Program-made: the position numbers and the translations under genes
Shown: in pieces, positions 1 to 8,529 of the stretch
How positions within the stretch are numbered: position 1 is the stretch's first letter
Layout: each line of letters begins with the position of its first letter
Notes under the pieces: model-generated
Database searches by the model: none
The model's input: the letters and a program-made list of their open reading frames with translations, nothing else
Told to the model about the DNA's origin: nothing
Source of the DNA: a virus
Lineage: Duplodnaviria; Heunggongvirae; Uroviricota; Caudoviricetes
Length of the DNA: 27,426 nt
Strand: one strand, 5' to 3'
IMG/VR virus record: IMGVR_UViG_2671180885_000001
Span: 1-27,426 of that record

Positions 1-1063
1 CTTCTCCCAAACCAAGGTATGTGAGAAGACCAGCTACATCCTTTCCACTCAAATTGGTAAGCGTATTGTCCAGCGGTTGTTTACCTGCCAGCGCATTAAG
101 CATTGTCGTGGCAAAGTTCGGATCATTCCCCAGTGCCGCCGCCAGTTCGTTCAGTGTATCCAGTGCAGCAGGTGCAGAACCCACCATTCCTGCAATCGCC
201 GATTTCACAAAAGCCGTAGTGGCAATCTGTGTATTGTTGACCGACTGCGCCGCCGTGGGGGCTGTTGGCGTTCCGGTGAGTGCCGGACTCGACAACGGTG
301 CTTTTAGTGCCAGCGCATTGTTAATGGTGGTACTGAAATTCGGATCATTGTTAATGGCTGCGGCTATTTCTTTCAGCGTGTCCAGCGTGGCTGGCGCACC
401 ATTAATAAGGGCCGTCAGTGCCGCCTGTACAAACGCAGTGGTCGCAACCTGCGTGGTATTATTCCCCGCCGCTGGCGTTGGCGCTTTGGGGGTTCCGGTA
501 AATGTCGGGCTGGCTTTTGGCGCGTACTGTGAATGCGGGTCCGGTGCGGCAAGATGTTTTGCCATCTGATCATCCGCGTAAACCTTCAGCTCCAGTGCCT
601 TGTCATCCACATACTTGCGGGTTGCCAGCACTACAGCAGGGTCGATTTTCAGGGTGATATTGTCCGTGCTGCTGGTAATCAGCACCATGCGCACGGTCTG
701 AGTGCGCCCGCTACCTTCAGCCAGTTGCGGCTTATAGCTTTCCGGGCAGTTGCCCACGGCAATCAATGCCCCGGACTCATCAAACAAGCCCACTTCACGT
801 ATCCACCAACCGCCCTCGTTTTCAGGGATCACCTGTTCGGCAATAATCTGGCTGCTGTTCTGCGGGTCGATATAAAGCATATTCAGCGCAGCCCGGCGTT
901 TCTCATTTACCAGTGCCGTCTGCTTTGCGTCCGGCGTTGGCAATACTCCACCGCCATCGCCCACCGCCATATGGGTAATTTTTAGCGGCACACCGAGCGC
1001 GGCGGCGCTGGCAAGTTTCGCCGCGCCAATATCCGTCAGCAGGGTATAAAATTTTGTGCTCAT
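1..1063 (-). CDS. H: Tail fibre protein (P2 gpH-like), N-terminal part only; gene runs off the window start
   Basis: Minus-strand ATG at 1063 overlapping the stop of the upstream gene (ATGA); translation begins MSTKFYTLLTDIGAAKLASAAALG, matching the P2 gpH N-terminus from memory; no stop before position 1, so absent from the ORF track; internal coding repeats typical of tail fibres. Confidence 0.75.
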   Translation of the reverse strand, partial: MSTKFYTLLTDIGAAKLASAAALGVPLKITHMAVGDGGGVLPTPDAKQTALVNEKRRAALNMLYIDPQNSSQIIAEQVIPENEGGWWIREVGLFDESGALIAVGNCPESYKPQLAEGSGRTQTVRMVLITSSTDNITLKIDPAVVLATRKYVDDKALELKVYADDQMAKHLAAPDPHSQYAPKASPTFTGTPKAPTPAAGNNTTQVATTAFVQAALTALINGAPATLDTLKEIAAAINNDPNFSTTINNALALKAPLSSPALTGTPTAPTAAQSVNNTQIATTAFVKSAIAGMVGSAPAALDTLNELAAALGNDPNFATTMLNALAGKQPLDNTLTNLSGKDVAGLLTYLGLGE

Positions 1064-1665
1064 GGATTCACTCTCATTGTGTCAATAACATGGACCGCCC
1101 CGCCTTCATGCGCGGTGCCACCGGAAATAATCGTTTCGTTGATATACGGATAGATCGTGATTTCTTCGCCAAGATAGCTGGCGGCTCCCACCCAATGCGG
1201 GCCGCTGGTCTGCAGATTGATGGACATGCCGATCATGTGGCGGCTACATGGTTTGGCATCGCTTATCAGTCGCTCAAGTTCCAGATAGGTATCTTCAGTG
1301 ATGCCCTGGTCCTGCACGCCGATATCCAGGCGAAACGTGCCCGGTGCCTCTCCGGTCTGCCACCACTCAATAATGCGGATCAGAAAGCCGAACGGCTCCA
1401 CCACCCGCCGCACGGCACTGGTGGTCCCTTTATGCTGATGAATATAAAAAGCATCCTTCACCACCTGGCGCTTGACGCTTTCTGTCCAGCCCTCGTCCCA
1501 GCGATCCACAGAGAACGCCCAGGCGAGGTAAGGCAGGAAACTGACCGGACAGGTTGCCGGATTCCACAAGTCACGCAGCGGCACTTGCAGATCAGAAATC
1601 CCGCTGCAGGTTTGCGCCAGTCGGCGCTCCAGTGGTGTTGAACCCGGAGGCAGCAGACTATTCAT
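1060..1665 (-). CDS. I: Baseplate assembly protein (P2 gpI-like)
   Basis: ORF track 201 aa; conserved WNPATCP...LAWAFSVDRWDE block typical of gpI; synteny J-I-H. Confidence 0.8.
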   Translation of the reverse strand: MNSLLPPGSTPLERRLAQTCSGISDLQVPLRDLWNPATCPVSFLPYLAWAFSVDRWDEGWTESVKRQVVKDAFYIHQHKGTTSAVRRVVEPFGFLIRIIEWWQTGEAPGTFRLDIGVQDQGITEDTYLELERLISDAKPCSRHMIGMSINLQTSGPHWVGAASYLGEEITIYPYINETIISGGTAHEGGAVHVIDTMRVNP

Positions 1666-2566
1666 CCGTTCCTCCGTTGGTTACGCTCCACTGCGTACAT
1701 GATGCCGCCTGTGTTTTGTTCAGAACCACATCCGCCAGCGGAGAAGCCAGTTCCACACGTTGAACACCCTCAACATGCAGCGCGGCAAAAATAGCACTAC
1801 GGCGAATATCCCGACCGAGCCGCGTCTGACTGGCGATGTACCTCTGCAGGCTGACTTTTGCCGCTGCCATTACCGGCTCTGCTTCCGGTCCCGGATAAAG
1901 AAAAATGGTGGCTTCCACACGGTACGGGATGATTTCTGCGCTGCGAACCGTAAGACGGTCAGCCACCGGGCGGACGTTCTCACTGTTCAGAGCTTTTTCC
2001 ACCACGTCCAGCAGGTCTTTTTCTGCAGTTCCATCGCCTTCGCGGCTAAGGACAGTCAGCACCACCTCTGCAGGTGCCGGGCTGGTTGCACTGGCATCCG
2101 CCACCCGGCCGTCGGCGCTTCGGGCATGAAATTCATAAGCTGCAGTTGGCCCCGCAACTGAAAGCCCTTCAAAGGCTGCAGGCACACGCAGGCGTAACGC
2201 TTCATCGCTTTCCATCACAGCTGCAACGGGCGGCACAGCGTCATTATCAGCAGGCGTCACCGTCAGGCGTTTCACGTTGTAGTTGGCAGCGAGCTGGTCA
2301 AGATCGCTGCCCATCGCGTAAGCCACCATCACAGCCTGCGCGGCTTCGTTAATGCGCTGGCGCAGAAGCAACTCACGGTAAGCGTTCTCCTGCAGCAATT
2401 TGGTGACGGGTTCAGATTCCAGTTCCAGCGTGCGGATCACTGCTTCCTGCTCATCTTTCGGATGAAGCGCCACAAATTCGGCCTTGCGTTCGGCAAGCAG
2501 CGTCTCAAAGTCCGGCACATCCACAATCTGCGGCGCAGGCAACTGCGAAAGGTCAATCACTGCCAT
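1658..2566 (-). CDS. J: Baseplate assembly protein (P2 gpJ-like)
   Basis: ORF track 1658..2605; internal start MAVIDLSQLP at 2566 preferred (AGGAG about 7 nt upstream); synteny W-J-I. Confidence 0.8.
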   Translation of the reverse strand: MAVIDLSQLPAPQIVDVPDFETLLAERKAEFVALHPKDEQEAVIRTLELESEPVTKLLQENAYRELLLRQRINEAAQAVMVAYAMGSDLDQLAANYNVKRLTVTPADNDAVPPVAAVMESDEALRLRVPAAFEGLSVAGPTAAYEFHARSADGRVADASATSPAPAEVVLTVLSREGDGTAEKDLLDVVEKALNSENVRPVADRLTVRSAEIIPYRVEATIFLYPGPEAEPVMAAAKVSLQRYIASQTRLGRDIRRSAIFAALHVEGVQRVELASPLADVVLNKTQAASCTQWSVTNGGTDE

Positions 2567-2912
2567 TCTCTGCTCCTGTTGATACGGAAAGGGAAACAGG
2601 CACACCGTTATTACGCCGCCCGGTCAGCTCCACCACCATTGAACCGTCAAAATTGCTGTTAATGGTGATGGAATCCAGCGTCAGCCGTGGCTCCCAGCGA
2701 CTCAGCGCCACATACACTGCCGACATGACCTGCAGGCGTAATGCCGGATTTTGTGGCTGGTCTATCAGTGCCGACAGCAGGGAACCATATTCCCGACGGG
2801 CAATGCGGCTACCCTGCGGCGTCAGCAAAATGTCCCGCACCGACTGGCGCAGATGGTCAATATCAGTAATGGCTTTACCGCTGGTATTGTTCATCCCGCT
2901 ATAAAGCGTCAT
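2553..2912 (-). CDS. W: Baseplate wedge protein (P2 gpW / GPW-gp25 family)
   Basis: ORF track 119 aa; start overlaps stop of V (ATGA); size and position match gpW. Confidence 0.8.
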   Translation of the reverse strand: MTLYSGMNNTSGKAITDIDHLRQSVRDILLTPQGSRIARREYGSLLSALIDQPQNPALRLQVMSAVYVALSRWEPRLTLDSITINSNFDGSMVVELTGRRNNGVPVSLSVSTGAENGSD

Positions 2913-3487
2913 ACCGGGCCTCCGGTTGCATCGCCGCCTTTCAGGACGCCAGTATGCTGATGCGCATCAACCACGATCCCGTTAGAACTCATCGCTCCGC
3001 CGCCCTGAGTAACGCCACCATTGACCACCACTTCGCTGTTAATACGCGTGCACTCAGCCTCCAGCACAAACTCACTGGTTTTCAGGGTGATGTTATCGGC
3101 AGCCTCAATGACCATGGATTTGATGCCCCTGACATACCAGCGCCCGGTGGCAGGTTCGTATTCAAACCAGCCACCGTCAGGATGTTCTGTCACGCAGGCG
3201 TCCGCCGACGTCGACGGTGGTGCGAACTGATTCGAATAGATGGCGGGCAGCGCAAAAGCTGTTTCCAGATTACCGCCCATACTCAGCAGCACCACCTGCT
3301 CACCTTCCGATGGTCGCCACCATGTCCGGGCATTCCCGGCACGCAGCGTCAGCCAGCTGATCCAGTTGGTTTCAAGGTCGCCCGTTTTCACCCGGCAAAG
3401 CCAGTTTGTCCTGTCCACTTCGGTGACTACCCCAGTGCGGATCAGGTTGGTGATAAGGCGCATGATTTCGGTTAATTGTGCGTTCAT
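2909..3487 (-). CDS. V: Baseplate spike/assembly protein (P2 gpV-like)
   Basis: ORF track 192 aa; ATG at 3487; first gene of the V-W-J-I-H block. Confidence 0.8.
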   Translation of the reverse strand: MNAQLTEIMRLITNLIRTGVVTEVDRTNWLCRVKTGDLETNWISWLTLRAGNARTWWRPSEGEQVVLLSMGGNLETAFALPAIYSNQFAPPSTSADACVTEHPDGGWFEYEPATGRWYVRGIKSMVIEAADNITLKTSEFVLEAECTRINSEVVVNGGVTQGGGAMSSNGIVVDAHQHTGVLKGGDATGGPV

Positions 3488-3532
3488 AGGGAAAGGTTGC
3501 CATCAGGGGAAGAAAGGCGGCAGTGCTGCAAC

Positions 3533-3552
3533 TTGTATCAGTGCTGATACAA
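3533..3552 (-). promoter_or_regulatory. Putative late-promoter activator site (TGT-N12-ACA dyad) upstream of V
   Basis: Near-perfect palindrome TTGTATCAGTGCTGATACAA centred about 55 bp upstream of the V start codon; P2 late promoters carry Ogr-type activator dyads of this form. Confidence 0.35.
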
Positions 3553-3555
3553 AAA

Positions 3556-4002
3556 TCACCCCGCCAGCCATTGCAGAATCATGTCGCGGGTCATTGCCTC
3601 AACATCATCATTTACACCCAGAAGGCGACGCTCTGCGTAACGGACCTCCGGTCCTTTGCGGCTGACGCGATCACGTAAGCCGTAGTGATGAACACGGGCA
3701 ATGCGCTGTACCTTGCCTTCAAACTGCACGCTGGCAGAGTCGGCGCTGGCGGAAGTTTTCAGGTATTTTGTGGTGCGCAGCTTTGCAAACATCTGACGTT
3801 TGATACGGCCTTTTTTACTGCGTGCTGTTACCCGTCGCGGTTCATAACTGCTGCCATCTGGATTGCGCTGCATTCTGATATTTTGCTGCTGTGTCCGGCG
3901 TAGTTCCTGCGCCAGCTGGCGCATCATGCGGCTTCTTGCGGCTGGCTCCAGATTCGCCAGCAAGGCACTCAGCCAGTCGTCCACTTTCTGCAGTTCAGCC
4001 AC
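3556..4002 (-). CDS. S: Tail completion / virion morphogenesis protein (P2 gpS-like)
   Basis: ORF track 148 aa; GTG start; synteny R-S-V. Confidence 0.75.
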   Translation of the reverse strand: MAELQKVDDWLSALLANLEPAARSRMMRQLAQELRRTQQQNIRMQRNPDGSSYEPRRVTARSKKGRIKRQMFAKLRTTKYLKTSASADSASVQFEGKVQRIARVHHYGLRDRVSRKGPEVRYAERRLLGVNDDVEAMTRDMILQWLAG

Positions 4003-4426
4003 GTTTCACCGTCCACATTTCTTCAGGTTCATCAGGTTCCGCTATAGCTTCAACGCTCGACACACTGCCGTCAGTGCTGACCAGCACACGCTCCGTCAGT
4101 TGCAGGTTGAGGCTGATATCACAGACATCGTTGCGCAGAATATCCACCTCAAAGGTGAATAGCTTTTCCCGTAACGCCGGGTTATTGATGGCATCGGGCT
4201 GGTTATCACGCAGCCACAGCAAAACCGGGGCCATCAGCAGATTCTGGTCGCCGCTGAAATCCTCAATCACCACGTTCAGGGTGTAGCGGTACTCCCATGA
4301 CATGGAGCTGGCCCCCGTGGCAACCAGCGAACCGTTATCCACAAACAGATGCAGTTTGTCCGGGTTATTGCGGACATAAGGCACCGCTTTATTGAGGGCG
4401 TGGCGCAGGGATTGTGGTTTGTTCAC
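3995..4426 (-). CDS. R: Tail completion protein (P2 gpR-like)
   Basis: ORF track 3995..4447 begins with a non-ATG codon; GTG at 4426 gives N-terminus (M)NKPQSLRHAL resembling P2 gpR MLKPDSLRRAL, with GGAG about 7 nt upstream. Confidence 0.7.
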   Translation of the reverse strand: MNKPQSLRHALNKAVPYVRNNPDKLHLFVDNGSLVATGASSMSWEYRYTLNVVIEDFSGDQNLLMAPVLLWLRDNQPDAINNPALREKLFTFEVDILRNDVCDISLNLQLTERVLVSTDGSVSSVEAIAEPDEPEEMWTVKRG

Positions 4427-4679
4427 TGTTTCGCTCCTGACACGCAATAATCATGTCCACTTTGTCTGCACAGATCGCCCAGGCGGCCTCCGTTTCATCC
4501 AGCAACGCATTCAGATCACCGTTAGTGCGCGGTGCTGCCTGCTCCAGCCGACACGGCGTCACTCGCGGACAACCACTGACGGTAAGCTGCACCTCCGGTG
4601 AGTACCGGACGTTCCCGCAGCCGGATAATGTCAGCAGGCAAAGGAGTATCAGCCCAGTGGCGTAAATCCTCGTTCTCAC
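4389..4679 (-). CDS. lysC: Outer-membrane spanin lipoprotein (LysC / Rz1-like), nested in lysB in another frame and extending into R
   Basis: ORF track 96 aa; signal peptide plus lipobox LTLSGC; embedded in the lysB reading frame as in P2 lysB/lysC. Confidence 0.6.
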   Translation of the reverse strand: MRTRIYATGLILLCLLTLSGCGNVRYSPEVQLTVSGCPRVTPCRLEQAAPRTNGDLNALLDETEAAWAICADKVDMIIACQERNSEQTTIPAPRPQ

Positions 4680-4950
4680 GTTTCAGTTCCTCGATCCGGC
4701 GTTGTCGTTGTCTCAGCTGTGCGCTGGTCTGTTCTGCTTCGGCATAGAGCCGCGCCTGCTCCCGGTTATTGGTTTCAGTCAGAATGGACAGGCTGATAAG
4801 CTGGCTGTTGCTCTTTGCCAGTGCCTGGCTTTTGCTCTGCAGCTCGTTTGCCTGCGTGCTGATGGTCTGGCTGGCATCAGCCAGCCGCCACGTCTGCCAG
4901 CCCAGCGCCGCCAGTAATAACGCCAGCACAACCAGCAGCAACCGGTTCAT
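4522..4950 (-). CDS. lysB: Inner-membrane spanin (LysB / Rz-like)
   Basis: ORF track 142 aa; N-terminal transmembrane helix then coiled-coil-like Q/R/E-rich region; ATG overlaps lysA stop. Confidence 0.7.
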   Translation of the reverse strand: MNRLLLVVLALLLAALGWQTWRLADASQTISTQANELQSKSQALAKSNSQLISLSILTETNNREQARLYAEAEQTSAQLRQRQRRIEELKRENEDLRHWADTPLPADIIRLRERPVLTGGAAYRQWLSASDAVSAGAGSTAH

Positions 4951-5324
4951 GCTGCTACCTGTTGCGCCATCTGATTACGGGTGATCCAGAAGGCAATAAC
5001 GGTCAGTAGATAAAAGACCAGGGTAATAGCCCACCCCGTCCATGCGAGACTTACAACAATCAGCAATCGCATCACCCAACTGATAAATACGTTTTCTTTT
5101 CGGGTAATTGTCTTCAGCAAAGATGCCCTTAACTCCTGCCAGAGCGGGCTATTCTTAATTAACGCAGCCAGTGCTACCGGAATTACCGCCCATGTCAGCA
5201 AACAGGCTACCCAAACGCCTGACGCTGCCAGTACCGGAAAAATCCCCTGCGGATACACCATTGCTGCGATTAACAACGCCATCCATAACATCAGAAACAG
5301 TCCGCTGATTAATTTCTTTTTCAT
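4947..5324 (-). CDS. lysA: Lysis-timing membrane protein (P2 LysA-like)
   Basis: ORF track 4947..5396; internal ATG at 5324 (MKKKLISGLF) preferred, 2 nt after the K stop with AGGGAG upstream; multiple hydrophobic helices. Confidence 0.6.
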   Translation of the reverse strand: MKKKLISGLFLMLWMALLIAAMVYPQGIFPVLAASGVWVACLLTWAVIPVALAALIKNSPLWQELRASLLKTITRKENVFISWVMRLLIVVSLAWTGWAITLVFYLLTVIAFWITRNQMAQQVAA

Positions 5325-5325
5325 T

Positions 5326-5838
5326 TCAGTTTGCTCCCTGTAAACACCAGGCCCTCTCCCGCGCACGGCGGTTATCCAGCCCCTGATTAAACACACCTTT
5401 TACATAAACCCAGCGCGGCAACTGTCGGCACGCATCCGCCCAGCGCCGCTGATTGAGCAATTTCACCAGCGTGGAGCTGCAGGCATTGCCTGTCCCCACG
5501 TTGAAGGCAAACGACACCACCGAGTCATACACCTTTTGTGGCGGCTGTTGCTTCACACATCTTTCCAGCGCCCGCTCCACACGCAGCACGTTGGAGATAA
5601 GCCCTTCTGCTGCCTGTCGTTCCGTAATGGTTTTGCCGGGAATGACGCCCGACGTATTACCAATGCCGTCAGTCCATACACCCGCGCTGCACTGATACGG
5701 CTGCAGACGACAGCCTTCGTAATCGGCAATCAGTTTCAGTCCTTCCACGGAGGTGTGAAGCTGCTGAAAACCCGGCAGCGTGGCAGCAATAGCCAGCACG
5801 GTCCCGACAAGGCAGCGTTTAACGATTGATGGATTCAT
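5326..5838 (-). CDS. K: Endolysin, GH24 lysozyme with SAR-like N-terminus (phage 21 R-like rather than P2 K-like)
   Basis: ORF track 170 aa; weakly hydrophobic G/A-rich N-terminal segment CLVGTVLAIAATL; catalytic spacing E-8-C-5-T in YEGCRLQPYQCSAGVWTDGIGNT; C-terminal FNVGTGN...RW.Y resembles phage 21 R. Confidence 0.75.
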   Translation of the reverse strand: MNPSIVKRCLVGTVLAIAATLPGFQQLHTSVEGLKLIADYEGCRLQPYQCSAGVWTDGIGNTSGVIPGKTITERQAAEGLISNVLRVERALERCVKQQPPQKVYDSVVSFAFNVGTGNACSSTLVKLLNQRRWADACRQLPRWVYVKGVFNQGLDNRRARERAWCLQGAN

Positions 5839-6034
5839 AGTCCTCCCGCGTGATCTGCCCGTCGCGCAGAAGCTGGTAGGCTTTGTGTTTGTAGTACCAG
5901 TTGATAGCCAGCATCAGCACACCGATCATCAGGCCGCCCAGCGTTGAGGCATCCTTGATGGACAAATCGCCCAGCCAGGCCAGCACGACGGCGATGCAAT
6001 ACGTGATAAAGGCGCTGATTCGCTCAAGCGTCAT
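5819..6034 (-). CDS. Y: Holin (two transmembrane domains; possible pinholin)
   Basis: ORF track 71 aa; two hydrophobic helices and charged C-terminus; immediately upstream of the endolysin. Confidence 0.7.
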   Translation of the reverse strand: MTLERISAFITYCIAVVLAWLGDLSIKDASTLGGLMIGVLMLAINWYYKHKAYQLLRDGQITREDYESINR

Positions 6035-6037
6035 AAT

Positions 6038-6241
6038 TCAGTCCCATAGCTGGACGGTCTGCACGGTGGTGGTGGTCGGAATGTCCGGCAGCTCCACCTG
6101 CAGCCCGTGAGGTAAAAAGGGGCCGTATTCGGCAAGCCCCGGATTTGCCTTCAGTACCTGCTCCGTGACACCCTGCGTGCGCCCGTAATGACGCCAGCAA
6201 AGTGCGTCCACCGTGTCATACTGATGCGCACGCACTTTCAT
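6038..6241 (-). CDS. X: Tail protein X (P2 gpX-like)
   Basis: ORF track 67 aa; position between L and the lysis cassette as in P2. Confidence 0.65.
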   Translation of the reverse strand: MKVRAHQYDTVDALCWRHYGRTQGVTEQVLKANPGLAEYGPFLPHGLQVELPDIPTTTTVQTVQLWD

Positions 6242-6705
6242 CAGATAAGCTCCACTGTGCAGTGCGGCGCATCCTGCACCCGGCTGATGGCCCAGCGGGC
6301 GTCACGCCACAAATCACCGCTTGCTTCCGCCAGTTCCTCGCCCCGCTTCACACCGGACGCCGTGGCGTCATAGTCCTGGTATCGTTCGTTGAGCATGGCG
6401 CGTGCCCAGCAGTAAACCGCGTTGAAATAGTGCTGAATGCGCTCACTTTTGCCGTCCAGCTTTTCCGCCGGAACTTCTGCCAGCGAGGCATACCCCAGCA
6501 TCTGCTGGCGTCTGCGAAACTCATACAGCTCTGCGTTGACCTCCGAAATTGCCGACAGCGCAACCTGCTTTAAACGCGGCTGCGTCACCGTGCCGTCAGT
6601 GCGCATCACGCTGCGAAACTCCGACAGGTCCACATCAGGCCAGAACGGCGTATTCCTGATGATTTCCGCCTGTTCCGGTGCCTGTTCTGGCGCAACAAAC
6701 TTCAT
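6241..6705 (-). CDS. L: Head completion/stabilisation protein (P2 gpL-like)
   Basis: ORF track 6241..6768; internal ATG at 6705 (MKFVAPEQ) has AGGAGA upstream; synteny M-L-X. Confidence 0.7.
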   Translation of the reverse strand: MKFVAPEQAPEQAEIIRNTPFWPDVDLSEFRSVMRTDGTVTQPRLKQVALSAISEVNAELYEFRRRQQMLGYASLAEVPAEKLDGKSERIQHYFNAVYCWARAMLNERYQDYDATASGVKRGEELAEASGDLWRDARWAISRVQDAPHCTVELI

Positions 6706-6800
6706 GCTGCTTTCTCCTGAAATAGAGGGCGGTGGACGGGGTTTTGATGTGGCAGTGCCTTTCGCCACCCCGTGCCGCCCGTGCGCGGGGGCACGTTCTG

Positions 6801-7451
6801 TCAGCGGCTGTCATTGCGCAGTCTGCGCTCCAGCTGCTGTTTGTCTTTTTTCACGCCACAGCGAGGATCGAGCTGTAACGCATGGTTGAGATGATTAAGG
6901 GCGGAAGCCGGGTTGCTTTCACTCAGGACAGCGCCAATCGCTTTATGCAGACGCGCCCGTGACTGGTCCGGCATATCCAGACCGTCTGTCAGCTCCAGCG
7001 TCTGCAGCAACAGATCGGCATCAAAGCCGGTGGCGGCAAGCATTGCGCTCTGCGCCGCGTCTGCCATTTCCTCTGCCAGCACGGTCTGCACATTGCGATT
7101 ACCCAGTGGCATCACCCAGCCATGACGCAGGGCATGACGCCCGATCTCCAGCGCCCCGGCATAATCTCCGGCATCAATGCGCCACAGCATCACGTACATC
7201 AGCACGTCATCCTGTTGAGCGCCTCCGGCAGCCAGGACACCCTCTGCCCAGGCGACGTATTTCGGCAGCAGTTCCACCTTGATTTCCGCTTTTTTGACCG
7301 TGGACTGAACGCCCTTGAGACGGCGGCGGTCTTCCGCCAGTTGCAGCAGCATCAGGTCATAGCCCGACGCGTGGCGAACACTGCCGCCCTCGCGGGCGGC
7401 CTGTTCAGCCTGAACGCGCAGGCGATGCTGCCGTGCGGGACTCAGGCTCAT
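6801..7451 (-). CDS. M: Terminase endonuclease/small subunit (P2 gpM-like)
   Basis: ORF track 216 aa; synteny O-N-M. Confidence 0.75.
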   Translation of the reverse strand: MSLSPARQHRLRVQAEQAAREGGSVRHASGYDLMLLQLAEDRRRLKGVQSTVKKAEIKVELLPKYVAWAEGVLAAGGAQQDDVLMYVMLWRIDAGDYAGALEIGRHALRHGWVMPLGNRNVQTVLAEEMADAAQSAMLAATGFDADLLLQTLELTDGLDMPDQSRARLHKAIGAVLSESNPASALNHLNHALQLDPRCGVKKDKQQLERRLRNDSR

Positions 7452-7454
7452 GGA

Positions 7455-8513
7455 TTACGCTCCGGTTTCTGCTGCGGCGGCGCTGAAGTCGCCAATCTGG
7501 ATGTTTTCCACCAGTGCGGCGCAGCGGTAGTCCTCAACCACATAGGCTTCGTTAACGGATTCAAAGTTTTCAATCCGGTCACGTTTCGGGTTGTCGATAA
7601 CTGAACGACGGCGAGTGTCTTCCTGCCAGTAGATGGACAGGTTATCCAGACGGGTGATCAGCAGCGCATTCGGCGGGAAGAACGGCGCACGCACTGCCTG
7701 CAGGCCACCCATGCGTTTTTGGCTGATGATCATATCTGCAGCCAGTTTTTCACTGTTCTCCTGCTCTTTGTTGACCAGCGGGAAATACTTGTCAGACAAC
7801 AGTTCACGACCGCAAATCACCACCAGATCGTCATCGTCCTGGTAAACCACGTCGATAAGCTCATTGACGGCATCCATCACCACAGCGTCCAGGTTGGCAT
7901 ATTCGCCACCTTTCCCGACTTTCACCGCACCCGGAGTGGTTTCACCGCCCGTGGTGGTGCTGCCCATGACGTGATCCGGTGCATCCTCACGGATTTTCTG
8001 CAGCCAGCCTTTGTTCACATCCTGCAGCAGCGGGTTTTCGCTACGGTTGGAGGTTTTCGCACGCTTCACGCCGTTAAAGCCGATCATGATGCGGTCCAGT
8101 GCCTGACGTTTCACGATGGCGTCACGGATGCGCACCTGGAAATCCTGAAACTTCGCCCACAGGTCCAGCTTCGCGTAGGTCAGTACCGTGTCAAAGTTGG
8201 TCTGCTCGCATTTATATTCCACATCGACCATCAGCGTCGGATCGACAGGCTCACGCTCTTTTGCGGTGGTATCAGTGGTTCCGGCAATGGTGCTGCCAAC
8301 ACCCAGCCCCAGCAACTGACCAGACTGCTCAGTCACTGGCGTGACGTTAATCAGCGTCAGGAATGCGGCGGATTGCTGGATCTGGTCTTCCAGCGTCTGC
8401 TGCACGGACGGCTCCACAGTGAACTTGCTGGACAGTTCTTCAACTGCCACACCGTTCAGACGCGCCAGCTGCTGCAGGTAAGCGTTAAAAGCAAAGCGGG
8501 TATTCTTCTTCAT
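7455..8513 (-). CDS. N: Major capsid protein (P2 gpN-like)
   Basis: ORF track 352 aa; size and position match P2 N. Confidence 0.85.
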   Translation of the reverse strand: MKKNTRFAFNAYLQQLARLNGVAVEELSSKFTVEPSVQQTLEDQIQQSAAFLTLINVTPVTEQSGQLLGLGVGSTIAGTTDTTAKEREPVDPTLMVDVEYKCEQTNFDTVLTYAKLDLWAKFQDFQVRIRDAIVKRQALDRIMIGFNGVKRAKTSNRSENPLLQDVNKGWLQKIREDAPDHVMGSTTTGGETTPGAVKVGKGGEYANLDAVVMDAVNELIDVVYQDDDDLVVICGRELLSDKYFPLVNKEQENSEKLAADMIISQKRMGGLQAVRAPFFPPNALLITRLDNLSIYWQEDTRRRSVIDNPKRDRIENFESVNEAYVVEDYRCAALVENIQIGDFSAAAAETGA

Positions 8514-8529
8514 CAGGTTTTGTGCTCCA

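Noticed and set aside
21-985. Plus-strand ORFs 21..569, 77..307 and 533..985, and apparent tandem repeats around 100..500
   Set aside because: They lie antisense to the tail-fibre H coding sequence, which gives a coherent gpH-like translation on the minus strand; the repeats are the normal internal coding repeats of tail-fibre proteins, not CRISPR or satellite repeats.
1658-2605. N-terminally extended ORF-track versions of several genes (J, lysA 4947..5396, L 6241..6768, Dam 15680..16597, ypjA 21685..26394)
   Set aside because: Internal start codons with better ribosome-binding sites, start/stop coupling with neighbours, and N-termini matching known homologues are more plausible than the longest-ORF starts.
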